A stretch of 64,000 nt of DNA from an uncultured Chloroflexia bacterium (GTDB lineage Bacteria; Chloroflexota; Dehalococcoidia; DSTF01; JALHUB01), in NCBI GenBank assembly GCA_963703345.1, contig OY969814.1, positions 352,001 to 416,000 on the forward strand. The letters run 5' to 3'. Each line of letters starts with the position of its first letter. Positions within the stretch are counted from its first letter, which is position 1. This document shows, piece by piece, positions 1 through 9,731 of the stretch. Made by a program: the position numbers and the translations under genes. The notes beneath the pieces were generated by a model. It was not told where the DNA came from and did not search any database. It worked only from the letters and a program-made list of their open reading frames with translations.

Positions 1-696
1 GCGGTAAAGCTCCTGGCGTTCGGCGCTGTCGGCGAGGATGGTGCCGTTGCCGGGCAGGGAGAAGCCGATGGCCTCCGTCAGGCAGTTCATGGAGTTGGCG
101 GTGAACATGCCGGCGCAGGAGCCGCAGCCCGGGCAGCCGGCCATCTCCAGCTCGCGCAGCTCGCGCTCGTCGATGCGGCCGGCGCTGTAGGCGCCCACGC
201 CCTCGAAAACGGTGATCAGGTCGATGGCGCGGCCGTCGGGGAGGGAGCCGGCACGCATGGGGCCGCCGCTGACGAAGATGGTCGGGACGTCGAGGCGCAT
301 GGCGGCCATCAGCATGCCCGGGACGATCTTGTCGCAGTTGGGAATGCAGACCATGGCGTCGAAGCAGTGGGCGGCGACCATCGTCTCGACGCAGTCGGCG
401 ATGAGCTCGCGACTCGGCAAGGAGTACTTCATGCCGAAATGGCCCATGACGATGCCGTCGTCGACGGCGATGGTGTTGAACTCGAAGGGGACGCCGCCGG
501 CCGCGCGGACAGCCTCCTTGACGACGCGTCCGACCTCCTGAAGATGGACGTGACCGGGAACGATGTCGGTGTAGGAGTTGGCGATGGCGATGAACGGCCT
601 GTCGAAGTCGGCCTCGGAGCGGATGACGCCGGTGCTGCGCAGGAGGGCGCGATGGGGCGCGCGCTCAAAGCCCTTCTTGATCTGGTCGGAACGCAT
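1..696 (-). CDS. ilvD: Dihydroxy-acid dehydratase, N-terminal part (runs off the window start)
   Basis: Manual translation of the minus strand from ATG at 696 gives [23 protein letters not shown]...[20 protein letters not shown]...DDGIVMGH...PNCDKIVPG...[21 protein letters not shown], the IlvD signature motifs. Not in the ORF track because it is truncated. Confidence 0.96.
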   Translation of the reverse strand, partial: MRSDQIKKGFERAPHRALLRSTGVIRSEADFDRPFIAIANSYTDIVPGHVHLQEVGRVVKEAVRAAGGVPFEFNTIAVDDGIVMGHFGMKYSLPSRELIADCVETMVAAHCFDAMVCIPNCDKIVPGMLMAAMRLDVPTIFVSGGPMRAGSLPDGRAIDLITVFEGVGAYSAGRIDERELRELEMAGCPGCGSCAGMFTANSMNCLTEAIGFSLPGNGTILADSAERQELYR

Positions 697-936
697 GGCA
701 GGTGCCTTTCCAGCGGCAAGGGACGGCGAGAAGTCACGCCGTCGCGATGCGCAGAGAAGATGGTTCGAGTGGGATCGTACGGCATGGCGGGCGCGATGAC
801 AAGCGAAGGTTCGCTGGGCGCCGCTTATAAGGGAGAACGCCTATGCGGCGCGGCGGTTGGCGGTCGATGAATCTATTGGGACAGCGCGGCCGTTTGTGGC
901 CGGCTGGGCCTTCTCTCCTCCTGTGCTGGTGTATCA

Positions 937-1566
937 ATGTCAGATGGCTTGGGCTCATCAGTAACCGCGGTCGAGATTGTCACCAGGAGCTACGCGGTCA
1001 CGGGGCATTGCCACGGCCTCAGCGAGCGCATCCGCCTGATCGACCTGCTGAACGTGGCGAAGATGACGCATCTGCAGTTGACCAACGCAAAGGTGCGGGA
1101 GTTCGTCCGGTCGCGGGAGGTGGTCTCGACGGAAGGGCTGTTTCTGATCGACCGGGAGCGCGTGGTGTTCGGGCGGTCGCTGGAGTCGCCGGAGAACGAA
1201 GCGCGACGGCGGGAGACGCACCACGTCGATGTCGTCGAAAAGTCTAAGCACCGGATGCTGGTGTTCGCTTCGCCTTTCCGCATTGTGGGCAACCTGCACG
1301 TCATCAGGGACGCGGACTTCTCGGTGGCGCTGCCGCGGCTGTTCGAGGGGTTCCTGGCGATGACGGATGCCAGCGTTGTCCACGAAACTGTAGGCGGCGC
1401 AGCATGGGAGAGCCGCTTTATCGCCGTCAACGGCCGCTGCATCGAGATGGTCTGCCCTTCGCTGCCCGCGGACTGGAGCGACCAGCCGGCGAAAGCGGAA
1501 GAGGCGGGCGGAGAGCGCGAAACTGCTTCCTCCGACACGCCGCAGCCGGACAGCTCCGCAGCCTAG
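937..1566 (+). CDS. Hypothetical protein with two tandem copies of a small beta-rich domain (DUF6812-like)
   Basis: The two halves resemble each other: VEIVTRSYAVTGHCH...RLIDLLN...HLQLTNAKV...FLIDRERVVF versus MLVFASPFRIVGNLH...FLAMTDASV...FIAVNGRCIEM. Family name is from memory. Confidence 0.6.
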   Translation: MSDGLGSSVTAVEIVTRSYAVTGHCHGLSERIRLIDLLNVAKMTHLQLTNAKVREFVRSREVVSTEGLFLIDRERVVFGRSLESPENEARRRETHHVDVVEKSKHRMLVFASPFRIVGNLHVIRDADFSVALPRLFEGFLAMTDASVVHETVGGAAWESRFIAVNGRCIEMVCPSLPADWSDQPAKAEEAGGERETASSDTPQPDSSAA

Positions 1567-1766
1567 AGCTTCATCACCAGCAGTTCGCGGCCCATTTCGC
1601 CGCCCGTAAGCCTTACGACGACGCTCACGACGCGAACTTTCATCGGTTTCGCGCCCTCGATGAATATCTCGTCCTGTCGCTCGAAGCGATAGTCGCTGTC
1701 GATTGTGGTGATTAGCTTGTCTTTGCGGCTGGTGAAGGGATCTACTTCGTATATCTCCGTCTTCAA
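1563..1766 (-). CDS. Small hypothetical protein (67 aa)
   Basis: TTG start preceded by GGAGG, protein-like composition, 4-nt stop overlap with the convergent upstream gene, TATACT -10-like element upstream. Confidence 0.55.
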   Translation of the reverse strand: MKTEIYEVDPFTSRKDKLITTIDSDYRFERQDEIFIEGAKPMKVRVVSVVVRLTGGEMGRELLVMKL

Positions 1767-1911
1767 GCTGTTCCTCCGCTGAACAAGGTCGGGGCATTCG
1801 TAGTATAAGGGCCGGCGCGGTTGAGGGCATCAGCGGCGGCGATCCGGCGCTCGATGAGCGGGGGCCGCGCTGCTGGAGCGTTTGTCCGCGATGGCGTGGT
1901 AGTATTTGCTT

Positions 1912-2589
1912 ATGGCACGGACGAAGCAGGCTGAACGAACGGCCCGCGAGGTCAGCGGACGCTACGTGCTGCGGCGGATGAGGCTGGCAGACATCGCCCA
2001 AGTGATGGACATCGAGCGCGAGTCGTTCCCGTCGATGTGGCCGCAGACGGCGTACAGTCGGGAGCTGAAGAACCCGCTGGCGCGCTACTTCGTGGTGGTA
2101 GAGGAGGGCTCCGACGAGGGCGAAGAGGAAGCGCATCCCGGTGGGCCGCTGCGGTGGCTGATCCGGCGACTGCTCCGGAGAGAGCGAGAGAAGCCGCCGA
2201 CACGCCGGCTGATAATCGGGCTGGTCGGCGTATGGCTGATGGTCGACCAGGCGCACGTGGTGACGATAGCGGTACGGGAGGCGTTTCGGCGGCAGGGCGT
2301 GGGCGCGCTCTTGCTGCTGGCGGCGATGGAGACGGCGTTCGCGGAAAAGATGGACGCGACGACGCTCGAGTACCGCAAGGCGAATGAGCCCGCCCGCGCC
2401 CTCTACGAGAAGTTCGGCTTCCTGAACGTCGGCGAGCGGCCCCGCTACTACAGCGACACGAACGAGGACGCAGTGATCATGACCTCACCTCCTATGAGCT
2501 CGAAGTCGTACCGCGAGAAGTACGAACGCTTGAGGCGCGAGTTCGAAGAGCGGTGGCGCGACGTGTACGTACTGCCGGAGTCGTTCTGA
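1912..2589 (+). CDS. rimI: Ribosomal-protein-alanine N-acetyltransferase (GNAT)
   Basis: LRRMRLADIAQVMDIERESF..W, HVVTIAV...RRQGVG, LYEKFGF...RPRYYSDTNEDAVIM. TAGTAT lies 6 nt before the ATG, so the gene may be leaderless. Confidence 0.92.
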   Translation: MARTKQAERTAREVSGRYVLRRMRLADIAQVMDIERESFPSMWPQTAYSRELKNPLARYFVVVEEGSDEGEEEAHPGGPLRWLIRRLLRREREKPPTRRLIIGLVGVWLMVDQAHVVTIAVREAFRRQGVGALLLLAAMETAFAEKMDATTLEYRKANEPARALYEKFGFLNVGERPRYYSDTNEDAVIMTSPPMSSKSYREKYERLRREFEERWRDVYVLPESF

Positions 2590-2710
2590 AGGTTGACCTT
2601 GGCTGGGTAGAGTATCGGCGCGATGAGCGAAGCGAGTCGCGCAACGAGAGCGCGATCATCGCACTTCTCGTAGTCCCCACGAACGTTCCATGGCGTCTAG
2701 ACGTGCCTCG

Positions 2711-3376
2711 TCAGCCGTCGTCGCGCTCGTCGAGGCCCTTGCGCACCCACTCGTCGCGGTTCCGCACGTCGCGGTCGAATAGCAGGCGATTGAGCAGCAC
2801 CTCGCGACAGGGGACGCCTTCGACACCTACGCCCGGGCTCCCGAGCAGGCGTTTCGTGAACACGATGGCGACCATGCAGGCGCAGCCGGCGGCTATCGGG
2901 CCCGGGCCGTCGACGACGAGTGAGGCCAGCGGCGTGACGGCAATCGCCAGGCCGACGCCGAGAGGCACCTGGCGGACCAGCACGCCCAGCAGCGCGATGA
3001 CCGCGAAGACCGCGAGCGTCATCGGCGTTAGAAGGAGCAGAAAGCCAATAGATGCCGCGATGCCGCGCCCGCCGGCAAGCCGCAGGTAGACCGACCAGCA
3101 GGCGCCGACCAGGGCCGCGACGCCCGCGGCAACCTGCACACCGAGCGGCTGGTCGACAAGCTTCGCGAGACCGATGCCGGCCATGGCGAGGGCGATCTGC
3201 GATAGGCCCACGGGCACGACCACCCAGTGCGCGACCACCTGATAGACGTTGGAGGCGCCGACGTTGGCGCTGCCGTAACGACGGATGTCGATGCCCTTCA
3301 GCCTGCCGGCGATGTAGGCGACGGGGATGGCGCCGATGAGGTAGCTTGCCAGAACAATGAGAGCGGCGACGACCAT
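2711..3376 (-). CDS. plsY: Glycerol-3-phosphate acyltransferase PlsY
   Basis: SYLIGAIP, DIRRYGSANVGASNV, GGRGIAAS motifs; multiple TM helices. Confidence 0.88.
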   Translation of the reverse strand: MVVAALIVLASYLIGAIPVAYIAGRLKGIDIRRYGSANVGASNVYQVVAHWVVVPVGLSQIALAMAGIGLAKLVDQPLGVQVAAGVAALVGACWSVYLRLAGGRGIAASIGFLLLLTPMTLAVFAVIALLGVLVRQVPLGVGLAIAVTPLASLVVDGPGPIAAGCACMVAIVFTKRLLGSPGVGVEGVPCREVLLNRLLFDRDVRNRDEWVRKGLDERDDG

Positions 3377-3411
3377 GGCTCAGGGCCGGCCGGAGAGCGC
3401 GTGGACCTGCG

Positions 3412-4143
3412 TCATTCGCTCCTCTCCTGCGGAGGGCGAGATGTCTTAGACCGGAAGGCGGCGACAATCAGGCGCGCGGCCTCGTCGATGCTGAAGCGGG
3501 CGGTGTTGACGACGAGGTTGTAGAGATTTGGGTCCGCGGGGTCGACCTTGAAGTACTTGTGGTGATAGTCGATGCGGCCCTTGTCGCTCTCCTCTACGTA
3601 CTCTTTCGCCTTGACCGGAGGCACGCCGTCGCGCTCGGCGACGCGCCGGATGCGGACGGCGAGCGGCGCGGTGACGGCGACATGCAGGGCATCGGCGCAG
3701 TCGCAGAGAATCGCCTGGCTGCCGCGCCCGATGATGACAACGTTTCCTTTGGCCGCAAGCTCGGTCATGAGTGAAGTGATCGCCTCCTTGTATCGGCGAT
3801 CGTTCAACTCAGTCTCGCTCGGGCCGGGAAGGGCGGCTGCCTCGCGGTAGGTGGACGTCACAAGGCTTTCCAGCCCGCTCACGGCAGACATGGGATCGGC
3901 GGCGCCGGCGACGGCTGAATGTTCGAGGAAGTCCTGGAAGAAGGAGGCGATTCTCTCGCGCAGGTGCGGCGGGGGCATGCGGTCATCGCGACCGGCGATG
4001 GCCCTCTCAGGGACGCCAAGGGCGCGCGCGGCTTCGGTCAGGATCGCCCGGTCGACATAGTCGAATCCCAACTCCTGCGCCACGAGCTGTCCGATCTCTC
4101 TGGCGTAGCTGCCGAGGTTGCCGCTGATCGTGATGACGGCCAT
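3412..4143 (-). CDS. Cytidylate kinase-like family protein
   Basis: VITISGNLGS, NVVIIGRGSQ, VRIRRV, SDKGRIDYHHKYF...YNLVVNT (Cytidylate_kin2-type). Confidence 0.85.
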   Translation of the reverse strand: MAVITISGNLGSYAREIGQLVAQELGFDYVDRAILTEAARALGVPERAIAGRDDRMPPPHLRERIASFFQDFLEHSAVAGAADPMSAVSGLESLVTSTYREAAALPGPSETELNDRRYKEAITSLMTELAAKGNVVIIGRGSQAILCDCADALHVAVTAPLAVRIRRVAERDGVPPVKAKEYVEESDKGRIDYHHKYFKVDPADPNLYNLVVNTARFSIDEAARLIVAAFRSKTSRPPQERSE

Positions 4144-4242
4144 GCTGCGACTCCGCCCGCTGTGAGCGCACCAAGATTACTATAGATTGGACGGGTGTCG
4201 CAAAGGGCGTATGATGCGGGCGCCAGACAAAGGAGGAGCGAG

Positions 4243-5040
4243 ATGCCGAACCTTCTCTACGAGAAGCGCAACCGCGTGGCGTACATAACGATAAACCGCC
4301 CCGAAGTGATGAACTGCGTCAACCCGCCGACCGCGTCGGAGCTGGTGGCGGCATGGCAGGACTTCCGCGACGATAACGACTCGTATGTCGCCGTCATCAC
4401 CGGCGCCGGCGACAATGCGTTCTGCGCCGGCTTCGACTTGGGGGCGGTGGGCTCGGGCAGTCTGCCGCGGGCGCCCCATGAGGTGCGACGCTTCATCTAT
4501 GACCATCCCGGCTTGATGGGCTACACGCGCAAGGCCGATATTTTCAAGCCGATCATCGCCGCAGTTAACGGCTACTGCTTCGCCGGCGGTCTGGAGATTG
4601 CCCTCTGCGCCGACATCCGGATCGCGGCGGAGAACGCGGAGTTCGGGGTGCTGAACCGTCGCTGGAACGTCGGCCTGGGCGACGGCGGCACACAGCGCCT
4701 GCCGCGAATCGTCGGCCTCGGGCGCGCGATGGAGCTGATCATCCTGGGGAAGCGGATCGACGCGCAGGAAGCGTACCGCATCGGGCTCGTGAACGAGGTG
4801 GTGCCGGCATCATCGCTGATGGAGCGCGTGACGGCCATGGCGGAGGCGATCTGCGCCTTCCCGCAGGGAGCGGTGCGAACCGACAAGGAAGCGGTCATGC
4901 GCGGCCTGGGGACGCCGCTGGAGGAGGGCCTCCGGATCGAAGGGTCGACGTTCGTGACGCTGCTGGGCCAGCACGATTTCTACGAGGGGCCGCGGTCGTT
5001 CGCGGAGAAGCGCAAGCCGTCGTTCAAGCAGGACGACTGA
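4243..5040 (+). CDS. Enoyl-CoA hydratase/isomerase (crotonase family)
   Basis: AGGAGG RBS; ITINRPEVMN, AFCAGFDL, KPIIAAVNGYCFAGGLE, GGTQRLPRIVG. Confidence 0.92.
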   Translation: MPNLLYEKRNRVAYITINRPEVMNCVNPPTASELVAAWQDFRDDNDSYVAVITGAGDNAFCAGFDLGAVGSGSLPRAPHEVRRFIYDHPGLMGYTRKADIFKPIIAAVNGYCFAGGLEIALCADIRIAAENAEFGVLNRRWNVGLGDGGTQRLPRIVGLGRAMELIILGKRIDAQEAYRIGLVNEVVPASSLMERVTAMAEAICAFPQGAVRTDKEAVMRGLGTPLEEGLRIEGSTFVTLLGQHDFYEGPRSFAEKRKPSFKQDD

Positions 5041-5060
5041 TTCTCTAGGGAGGTGTCAAT

Positions 5061-5483
5061 GTGCGGGTTGAATGGCTAATCCTCGCTGACTATACGGAGA
5101 TCATTGGGGGTAAGCTCTACCTGATGGGCGGCGGTTGGGACGTGCTGACCGTGAACACCGGCTTTCCGCTGACTCGACCCTTAGGGCTGGCCGCGGCCTT
5201 CTCCGTGCCCTGGAACGAGACGAACGAACGCCGGAGCGTGGAGATCGATATTCAGACGGAAGACGGGCAATCAGTGGGGAAGGTGAGCGGCCAGTTCGAG
5301 GTTGGCCGGCCGGCCGGCATCAAGTCCGGGCAGGACCAGCGACTACAGGTTGCGGCCACCGTGCCGCTGAACTTGCCCGCGCCCGGCACCTACGTAATCG
5401 TCGCTAGAGTCGAAGGGGAAGAGCAGGCACGCGTGCCGTTCAACGTCGTTGCCGGCCCCATGCTGCAGTCGAAACAGGCGTGA
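5061..5483 (+). CDS. DUF6941-like hypothetical protein
   Basis: GGAGG RBS; LILADY..IGGKLYLMGGGW N-terminus, PGTY C-terminal strand. Family name is from memory. Confidence 0.7.
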   Translation: MRVEWLILADYTEIIGGKLYLMGGGWDVLTVNTGFPLTRPLGLAAAFSVPWNETNERRSVEIDIQTEDGQSVGKVSGQFEVGRPAGIKSGQDQRLQVAATVPLNLPAPGTYVIVARVEGEEQARVPFNVVAGPMLQSKQA

Positions 5484-5663
5484 GGCTGGCCTTTGCCCCG
5501 ACCCTGCGGTGACGGAGCGCTATTTCTGCTTCCACTCCTGCGAGAGCGACTCTTCAGCCGACACTCCTTCCGGCTGCTGCCCCTGTTCCCCATGTGAAAG
5601 AGCGCCGCGAATCTGCTATCATAGGTTGATCGGCCCGGAATCTGATTCGACTGACGCTTATTA

Positions 5664-6776
5664 ATGGCCACTAAACTCGACTACTACGACCTCCTCGGCG
5701 TCGCCCGCAACGCCAGCCAGGATGAGATAAAGCGCGCCTTCCGACGCCTCGCGATGAAATACCACCCCGACAAGAACCGCGAGGCCGGCGCCGAAGAGCA
5801 CTTCAAAGAGATCAACGAAGCGTACGAGGTGCTCTCCGACCCGGAACGCCGCGCCGTCTACGACCGCTTTGGACACGCCGGCGCCGAAAGCCCCTTCGCG
5901 CGCACTTTCGAAGGATTCGACATCGGCGGCTTCGGCGATATCTTCGACGCTTTCTTCGGCGGCGCCCGTTCGCGCCGTCGCCAGCCCCAACGGGGCGCTG
6001 ACCTCCGCTACCGCCTGACGCTCACCTTCGAAGAGGCGGTCTTCGGCACGGAGAAGGAGATCGAAATCAGCCGCGAAGAAGCCTGCTCCCGCTGCAACGG
6101 ACTGCGCGCCGAGCCCGGCAGCGAGCCGCGCAAATGCCCCGTCTGCAACGGCAGCGGCGAGATCAGGCGCGCGCAGCGCAGCATCTTCGGGCAGTTTATC
6201 AACGTCACCACCTGCGACCGCTGCGGCGGCGAGGGACGCGTCGTCGACAAGCCCTGTCACCAGTGCCACGGCAGCGGTCGGGAGAAGCGCGTCCACAAGC
6301 TGGAGGTGCGCATACCCGCGGGCGTCGAAGAGGGCACGCAGATCCGAATCATCGCCGAGGGCGAAATGGGCCTCTACGGCGGCGCACGCGGCAACCTCTA
6401 CGTCGTTCTCTCCGTCCATGAGCACCCGCTCTTCAAGCGCGAAGGCGACGACATCCTCCTCGACCTCGACGTGAGCTTTGCCCAGGCGGCCCTCGGCGAC
6501 GAGGTGACGATCCCGACTCTCGACGGCGACAAGCCCTTGAAGATTCCCGCCGGCACGCAGGCCGGACACCTGTTCGTTCTCAAGAAGCAAGGCGTGCCCC
6601 ACGTGCGCGGCGGCGGCCGTGGCGACATGATCGTGCGCGCTAACGTCGTCACGCCGAAGCACCTCAGCGATGAGCAGAAACGTCTCCTCAAGGAGCTCGA
6701 CGAGTCGTTGCGCGGCGGCGGCCACGGCGATGGCAAGGGCTTCATCGGCAAGGTGAAAGAGACCTTCGGCGGCTAG
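5664..6776 (+). CDS. dnaJ: Molecular chaperone DnaJ
   Basis: J-domain with HPD, G/F region, four CxxCxGxG-type zinc-finger repeats. Confidence 0.97.
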   Translation: MATKLDYYDLLGVARNASQDEIKRAFRRLAMKYHPDKNREAGAEEHFKEINEAYEVLSDPERRAVYDRFGHAGAESPFARTFEGFDIGGFGDIFDAFFGGARSRRRQPQRGADLRYRLTLTFEEAVFGTEKEIEISREEACSRCNGLRAEPGSEPRKCPVCNGSGEIRRAQRSIFGQFINVTTCDRCGGEGRVVDKPCHQCHGSGREKRVHKLEVRIPAGVEEGTQIRIIAEGEMGLYGGARGNLYVVLSVHEHPLFKREGDDILLDLDVSFAQAALGDEVTIPTLDGDKPLKIPAGTQAGHLFVLKKQGVPHVRGGGRGDMIVRANVVTPKHLSDEQKRLLKELDESLRGGGHGDGKGFIGKVKETFGG

Positions 6777-6798
6777 CGCCCACACTCGAAGGACGCAC

Positions 6799-7662
6799 TT
6801 GGACTGGCTCGAATTTGCCGTTGTCGTCGCGCCCGACGACGAAGAAGCCGTAGGCGACGTCCTGCGCGCGCATGCCGGCGGCGTCGCCATCGAAGCGAGC
6901 GACGGGCTCGTCGCGCTCAAGGCCTATCTGCCGCGTGACCATCACCTGCCGGCCCGCAGCCGCGCCTTGCGCCGCGCCCTCTCGCGGGTCGATTTCGCGC
7001 GCCCGCTCGAGGACGTACGCACGCGCACCGTCCACGAGGAGGACTGGGCCAACGCCTGGAAGAAGCACTTTCGCCCCCAACACGTCGGCGAGTTCGTGAT
7101 CGCCCCGCGCTGGCGCCGCTATCGCCCAAAGCCCGGCGAGAAGGTCATCACCCTCGATCCGGGCATGGCATTCGGCACCGGCCAGCACCCAACAACGCGA
7201 ATGTGCCTCCTCGCGCTGGCGGAGCATCTGAAGCCCGGACAGCGCCTGCTGGACCTTGGCACCGGCTCCGGTATCCTGGGCATCGCCGGCGCGCTGCTCG
7301 GCGCCGAAGTCATCGCGCTCGATAGCGATCCGCTGGCAGTTGAAGTCGCCACGGAGAACATCGTCGCGAATCATGTGGACTCTCGTGTGACGGTTGCGGA
7401 GGGAAGTCTGGGCGACGGCTGGCCGGCGGTGCTCCCGCGCTCGCGATTCGACTGCGTCGTGGCGAACATCAGTAGCGCGACCACCATCGCCCTTGCCGGC
7501 GACCTCATCGGCGCGCTGAGCGATGGCGGCATGGGCATCGCTGGCGGCATCGGCTGCGAGCGGCTGGAACACTGCCGCCGTTCCCTTGAAGACGCCGGCG
7601 CCCGCATCGTCGCCAGCCGCAGCGAGGGCGACTGGCGGACGATTCTTTTCGAAAACGGCTGA
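6799..7662 (+). CDS. prmA: 50S ribosomal protein L11 methyltransferase
   Basis: EEDWANAWKKHF, LDPGMAFGTGQHPTT, LDLGTGSGIL; conserved dnaJ-prmA-rsmE order. Confidence 0.95.
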   Translation: MDWLEFAVVVAPDDEEAVGDVLRAHAGGVAIEASDGLVALKAYLPRDHHLPARSRALRRALSRVDFARPLEDVRTRTVHEEDWANAWKKHFRPQHVGEFVIAPRWRRYRPKPGEKVITLDPGMAFGTGQHPTTRMCLLALAEHLKPGQRLLDLGTGSGILGIAGALLGAEVIALDSDPLAVEVATENIVANHVDSRVTVAEGSLGDGWPAVLPRSRFDCVVANISSATTIALAGDLIGALSDGGMGIAGGIGCERLEHCRRSLEDAGARIVASRSEGDWRTILFENG

Positions 7663-7729
7663 TTGCTTTGCCGCCCGCGGCGGCGTTGCCCACAGCAATG
7701 GCTTGACGGACTCTAGGGTTAAGACAGTT

Positions 7730-7749
7730 CTGAGGGTTGAAACCCTCAG
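7730..7749. repeat. Perfect palindromic hairpin CTGAGGGT-TGAA-ACCCTCAG (REP-like)
   Basis: Seen directly in the prmA-rsmE spacer; related to the element at 11197-11221. Confidence 0.6.
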
Positions 7750-7845
7750 CCTTCGCGAGAGCGGCGTTGAATGCAGGCGGCGGCCTGCCTGTCTCAGGAG
7801 GGGATTCATCCCGCAGAGCTGTAACGTTTACTTCGAGGCAAGGTA

Positions 7846-8592
7846 GTGGACCGGTTCTTCGTCCCTCCGGGGCTGCTGCAGAGCGAACACGTCGAGCTGG
7901 GCGGCGAGCTGTCGCACCGGCTCCGGCACGTGCTCCGACTGCGCGCCGGCGACCGCGTCGTCCTCTTCGATGGCAGCGGCCTCGAATATGAGGTCGCGCT
8001 CGACGACACGGATGGACCGAGCATCGGCGCAACCGTCCTCAGCCGGCGCGAAGGGACGCCGGAGCCGAGAGTCCGCGTCGTCCTCTACCAGTCCGTCGTC
8101 AAGGGCGACCGCTTCGACTGGCTGCTGGAGAAGGGAACGGAGATCGGCGTGTCGCGATTCGTGCCGCTCCTGAGCCGTCGCGCCGTCGTGAGACCGTCCC
8201 CGGAACGTTCGGAGCGAACGGAGCGCTGGCAACGCATCATAACGGAGGCCGCGGAGCAATGCGGCCGCTCGCGCCTGCCGGAGCTTGCCCCAGTGATGCG
8301 ACTCGACGAGGCGCTGGCGACGGCGGAGGGCCTGCGATTGTTCCCCTGGGAGCGTGAAAAGAAGACGTCGCTGCGGCAAGCGCTGCGAGAGTCTTCGAGC
8401 GAAGACAAGCCGCCGGCGGTTGTCAGCATCTTCATCGGGCCGGAGGGCGGCTTCACCCAGGATGAGTCAGACGCTGCGGCCGCTGCGGGCGCCCGCAGCG
8501 TTTCGCTGGGGCCGCGCATCCTGCGCTCGGAGACGGCCGGAATCTTGGCCGTAGCAGCGGTCCTGTACGAGCTGGGCGAGCTGGGCGCTTGA
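7846..8592 (+). CDS. rsmE: 16S rRNA m3U1498 methyltransferase
   Basis: HRLRHVLRL, KGDRFDWLLEKGTEIGV, EAAEQCGR, FIGPEGGF, LGPRILRSETA. Confidence 0.96.
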   Translation: MDRFFVPPGLLQSEHVELGGELSHRLRHVLRLRAGDRVVLFDGSGLEYEVALDDTDGPSIGATVLSRREGTPEPRVRVVLYQSVVKGDRFDWLLEKGTEIGVSRFVPLLSRRAVVRPSPERSERTERWQRIITEAAEQCGRSRLPELAPVMRLDEALATAEGLRLFPWEREKKTSLRQALRESSSEDKPPAVVSIFIGPEGGFTQDESDAAAAAGARSVSLGPRILRSETAGILAVAAVLYELGELGA

Positions 8593-8599
8593 GGATGGC

Positions 8600-9727
8600 T
8601 CAGGGACCGACGGTCTGGAGTGTCCAGGGGACCGGGTCAACCGGCACGCCGCGGACGATGATCTCCCAGTGCACGTGCGGGCCGGTCGCCATGCCGGTGT
8701 GGCCGACAAAGCCGATGATGTCGCCCTTGTTCACCATCTGACCCACCTGCACATTGAACGACGACATGTGGCCGTAGCCGCTGAACACTCCGTCGCCGTG
8801 GTCGATCAGCACGCTATTGCCGTGCGTCGGGCCGCTGGCGACGTAGGCCACGCGACCGCTGTTGCTGGCGGCTATCGGCACGCCTTCGTCCGCCGCGAGG
8901 TCTATCCCCTGGTGGAAACTGCTGACCGGACCACCATTGTATCCCCGGCGGATGCCGAAGGGGTCAACGATGTCCTCAGCCACCGGCCAGATGAACGGCC
9001 CCGACCACAGCTTCTGGTTGGTGAACTGGGCGAACGTTGCGGCGCGCGCATCGTCTTCCTGCTGAATAAGCGCCGGGTCGAGTGAGCTGTTTACGTCGGG
9101 CGGAAGGTCAACGTTCTCCACCGGGTAGCCCATGTCGTCTACGGTCATCTGGGTCGCCAGCTCCGACATGACGTTGCCGTTGCCGTCGAGGAGCTGCACC
9201 GTGACGCGGTGGACGCCCACGGCCGCGTCTCCCGCTGCGGCGACGACGCCCCAGAAGTCGCTCCCATGGGCCACCAGCGGATAGCGGACGTTGTCGGCGA
9301 AGGCGACGGCGCTGGCCGCGCCCTGCCCGGCGACCTCAACCGTCGTCGTCTGACCCTGCCCGATCTCTGGCGGCACCAGTAACACGAGCGATGTGTCGAT
9401 GGGGGCAGCCGGGGGACTGGGGACGAGCGTGGCGACAGGAGGGGGAGCCTGGACGGCGGCCTCCGTGGGCTCCACCTGCGGCGGCGACACGACGGTCGTC
9501 GGTTGCGGCGTGGGAGTGACGGTCGGACTCGCCGTTGCTGTGGCGGTCGGCCTGGGCGTCGACGTCCGGGTCATGGTCGGTGACGGCGTCGGCGTCTTCG
9601 CCGCGTTGCCCGAGCTCGACGAGCAGGCCACGCCCACCGTCATGCAGGCAACAAGCGCGAGCGCCAGAGGGAAGCCGGCCGGCAACCGGGCGCCGAAGCG
9701 CAAGGGGCGACGCCGAACGAAACTCAT
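8600..9727 (-). CDS. M23 family metallopeptidase, predicted lipoprotein with Pro/Thr linker
   Basis: Signal peptide ending GVAC, PT-rich linker, HQGIDL and GPHVHWE zinc motifs. Confidence 0.9.
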   Translation of the reverse strand: MSFVRRRPLRFGARLPAGFPLALALVACMTVGVACSSSSGNAAKTPTPSPTMTRTSTPRPTATATASPTVTPTPQPTTVVSPPQVEPTEAAVQAPPPVATLVPSPPAAPIDTSLVLLVPPEIGQGQTTTVEVAGQGAASAVAFADNVRYPLVAHGSDFWGVVAAAGDAAVGVHRVTVQLLDGNGNVMSELATQMTVDDMGYPVENVDLPPDVNSSLDPALIQQEDDARAATFAQFTNQKLWSGPFIWPVAEDIVDPFGIRRGYNGGPVSSFHQGIDLAADEGVPIAASNSGRVAYVASGPTHGNSVLIDHGDGVFSGYGHMSSFNVQVGQMVNKGDIIGFVGHTGMATGPHVHWEIIVRGVPVDPVPWTLQTVGP

Positions 9728-9731
9728 AGAA

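Noticed and set aside
697-936. Possible Ile/Leu/Val attenuator upstream of ilvD (hairpin GACGGCG...CGCCGTC)
   Set aside because: No leader peptide rich in branched-chain codons, no T-box motif and no U-tract.
5484-5663. CIRCE/HrcA operator upstream of dnaJ
   Set aside because: No TTAGCACTC-N9-GAGTGCTAA-like inverted repeat visible.
5661-6920. Long antisense ORFs (also 9393-10991, 31311-32504, 35643-36578, 37634-38872, 50781-52115, 59766-61094, 62558-63904)
   Set aside because: Shadow frames opposite well-supported genes, expected from high-GC codon bias; no recognisable motifs.
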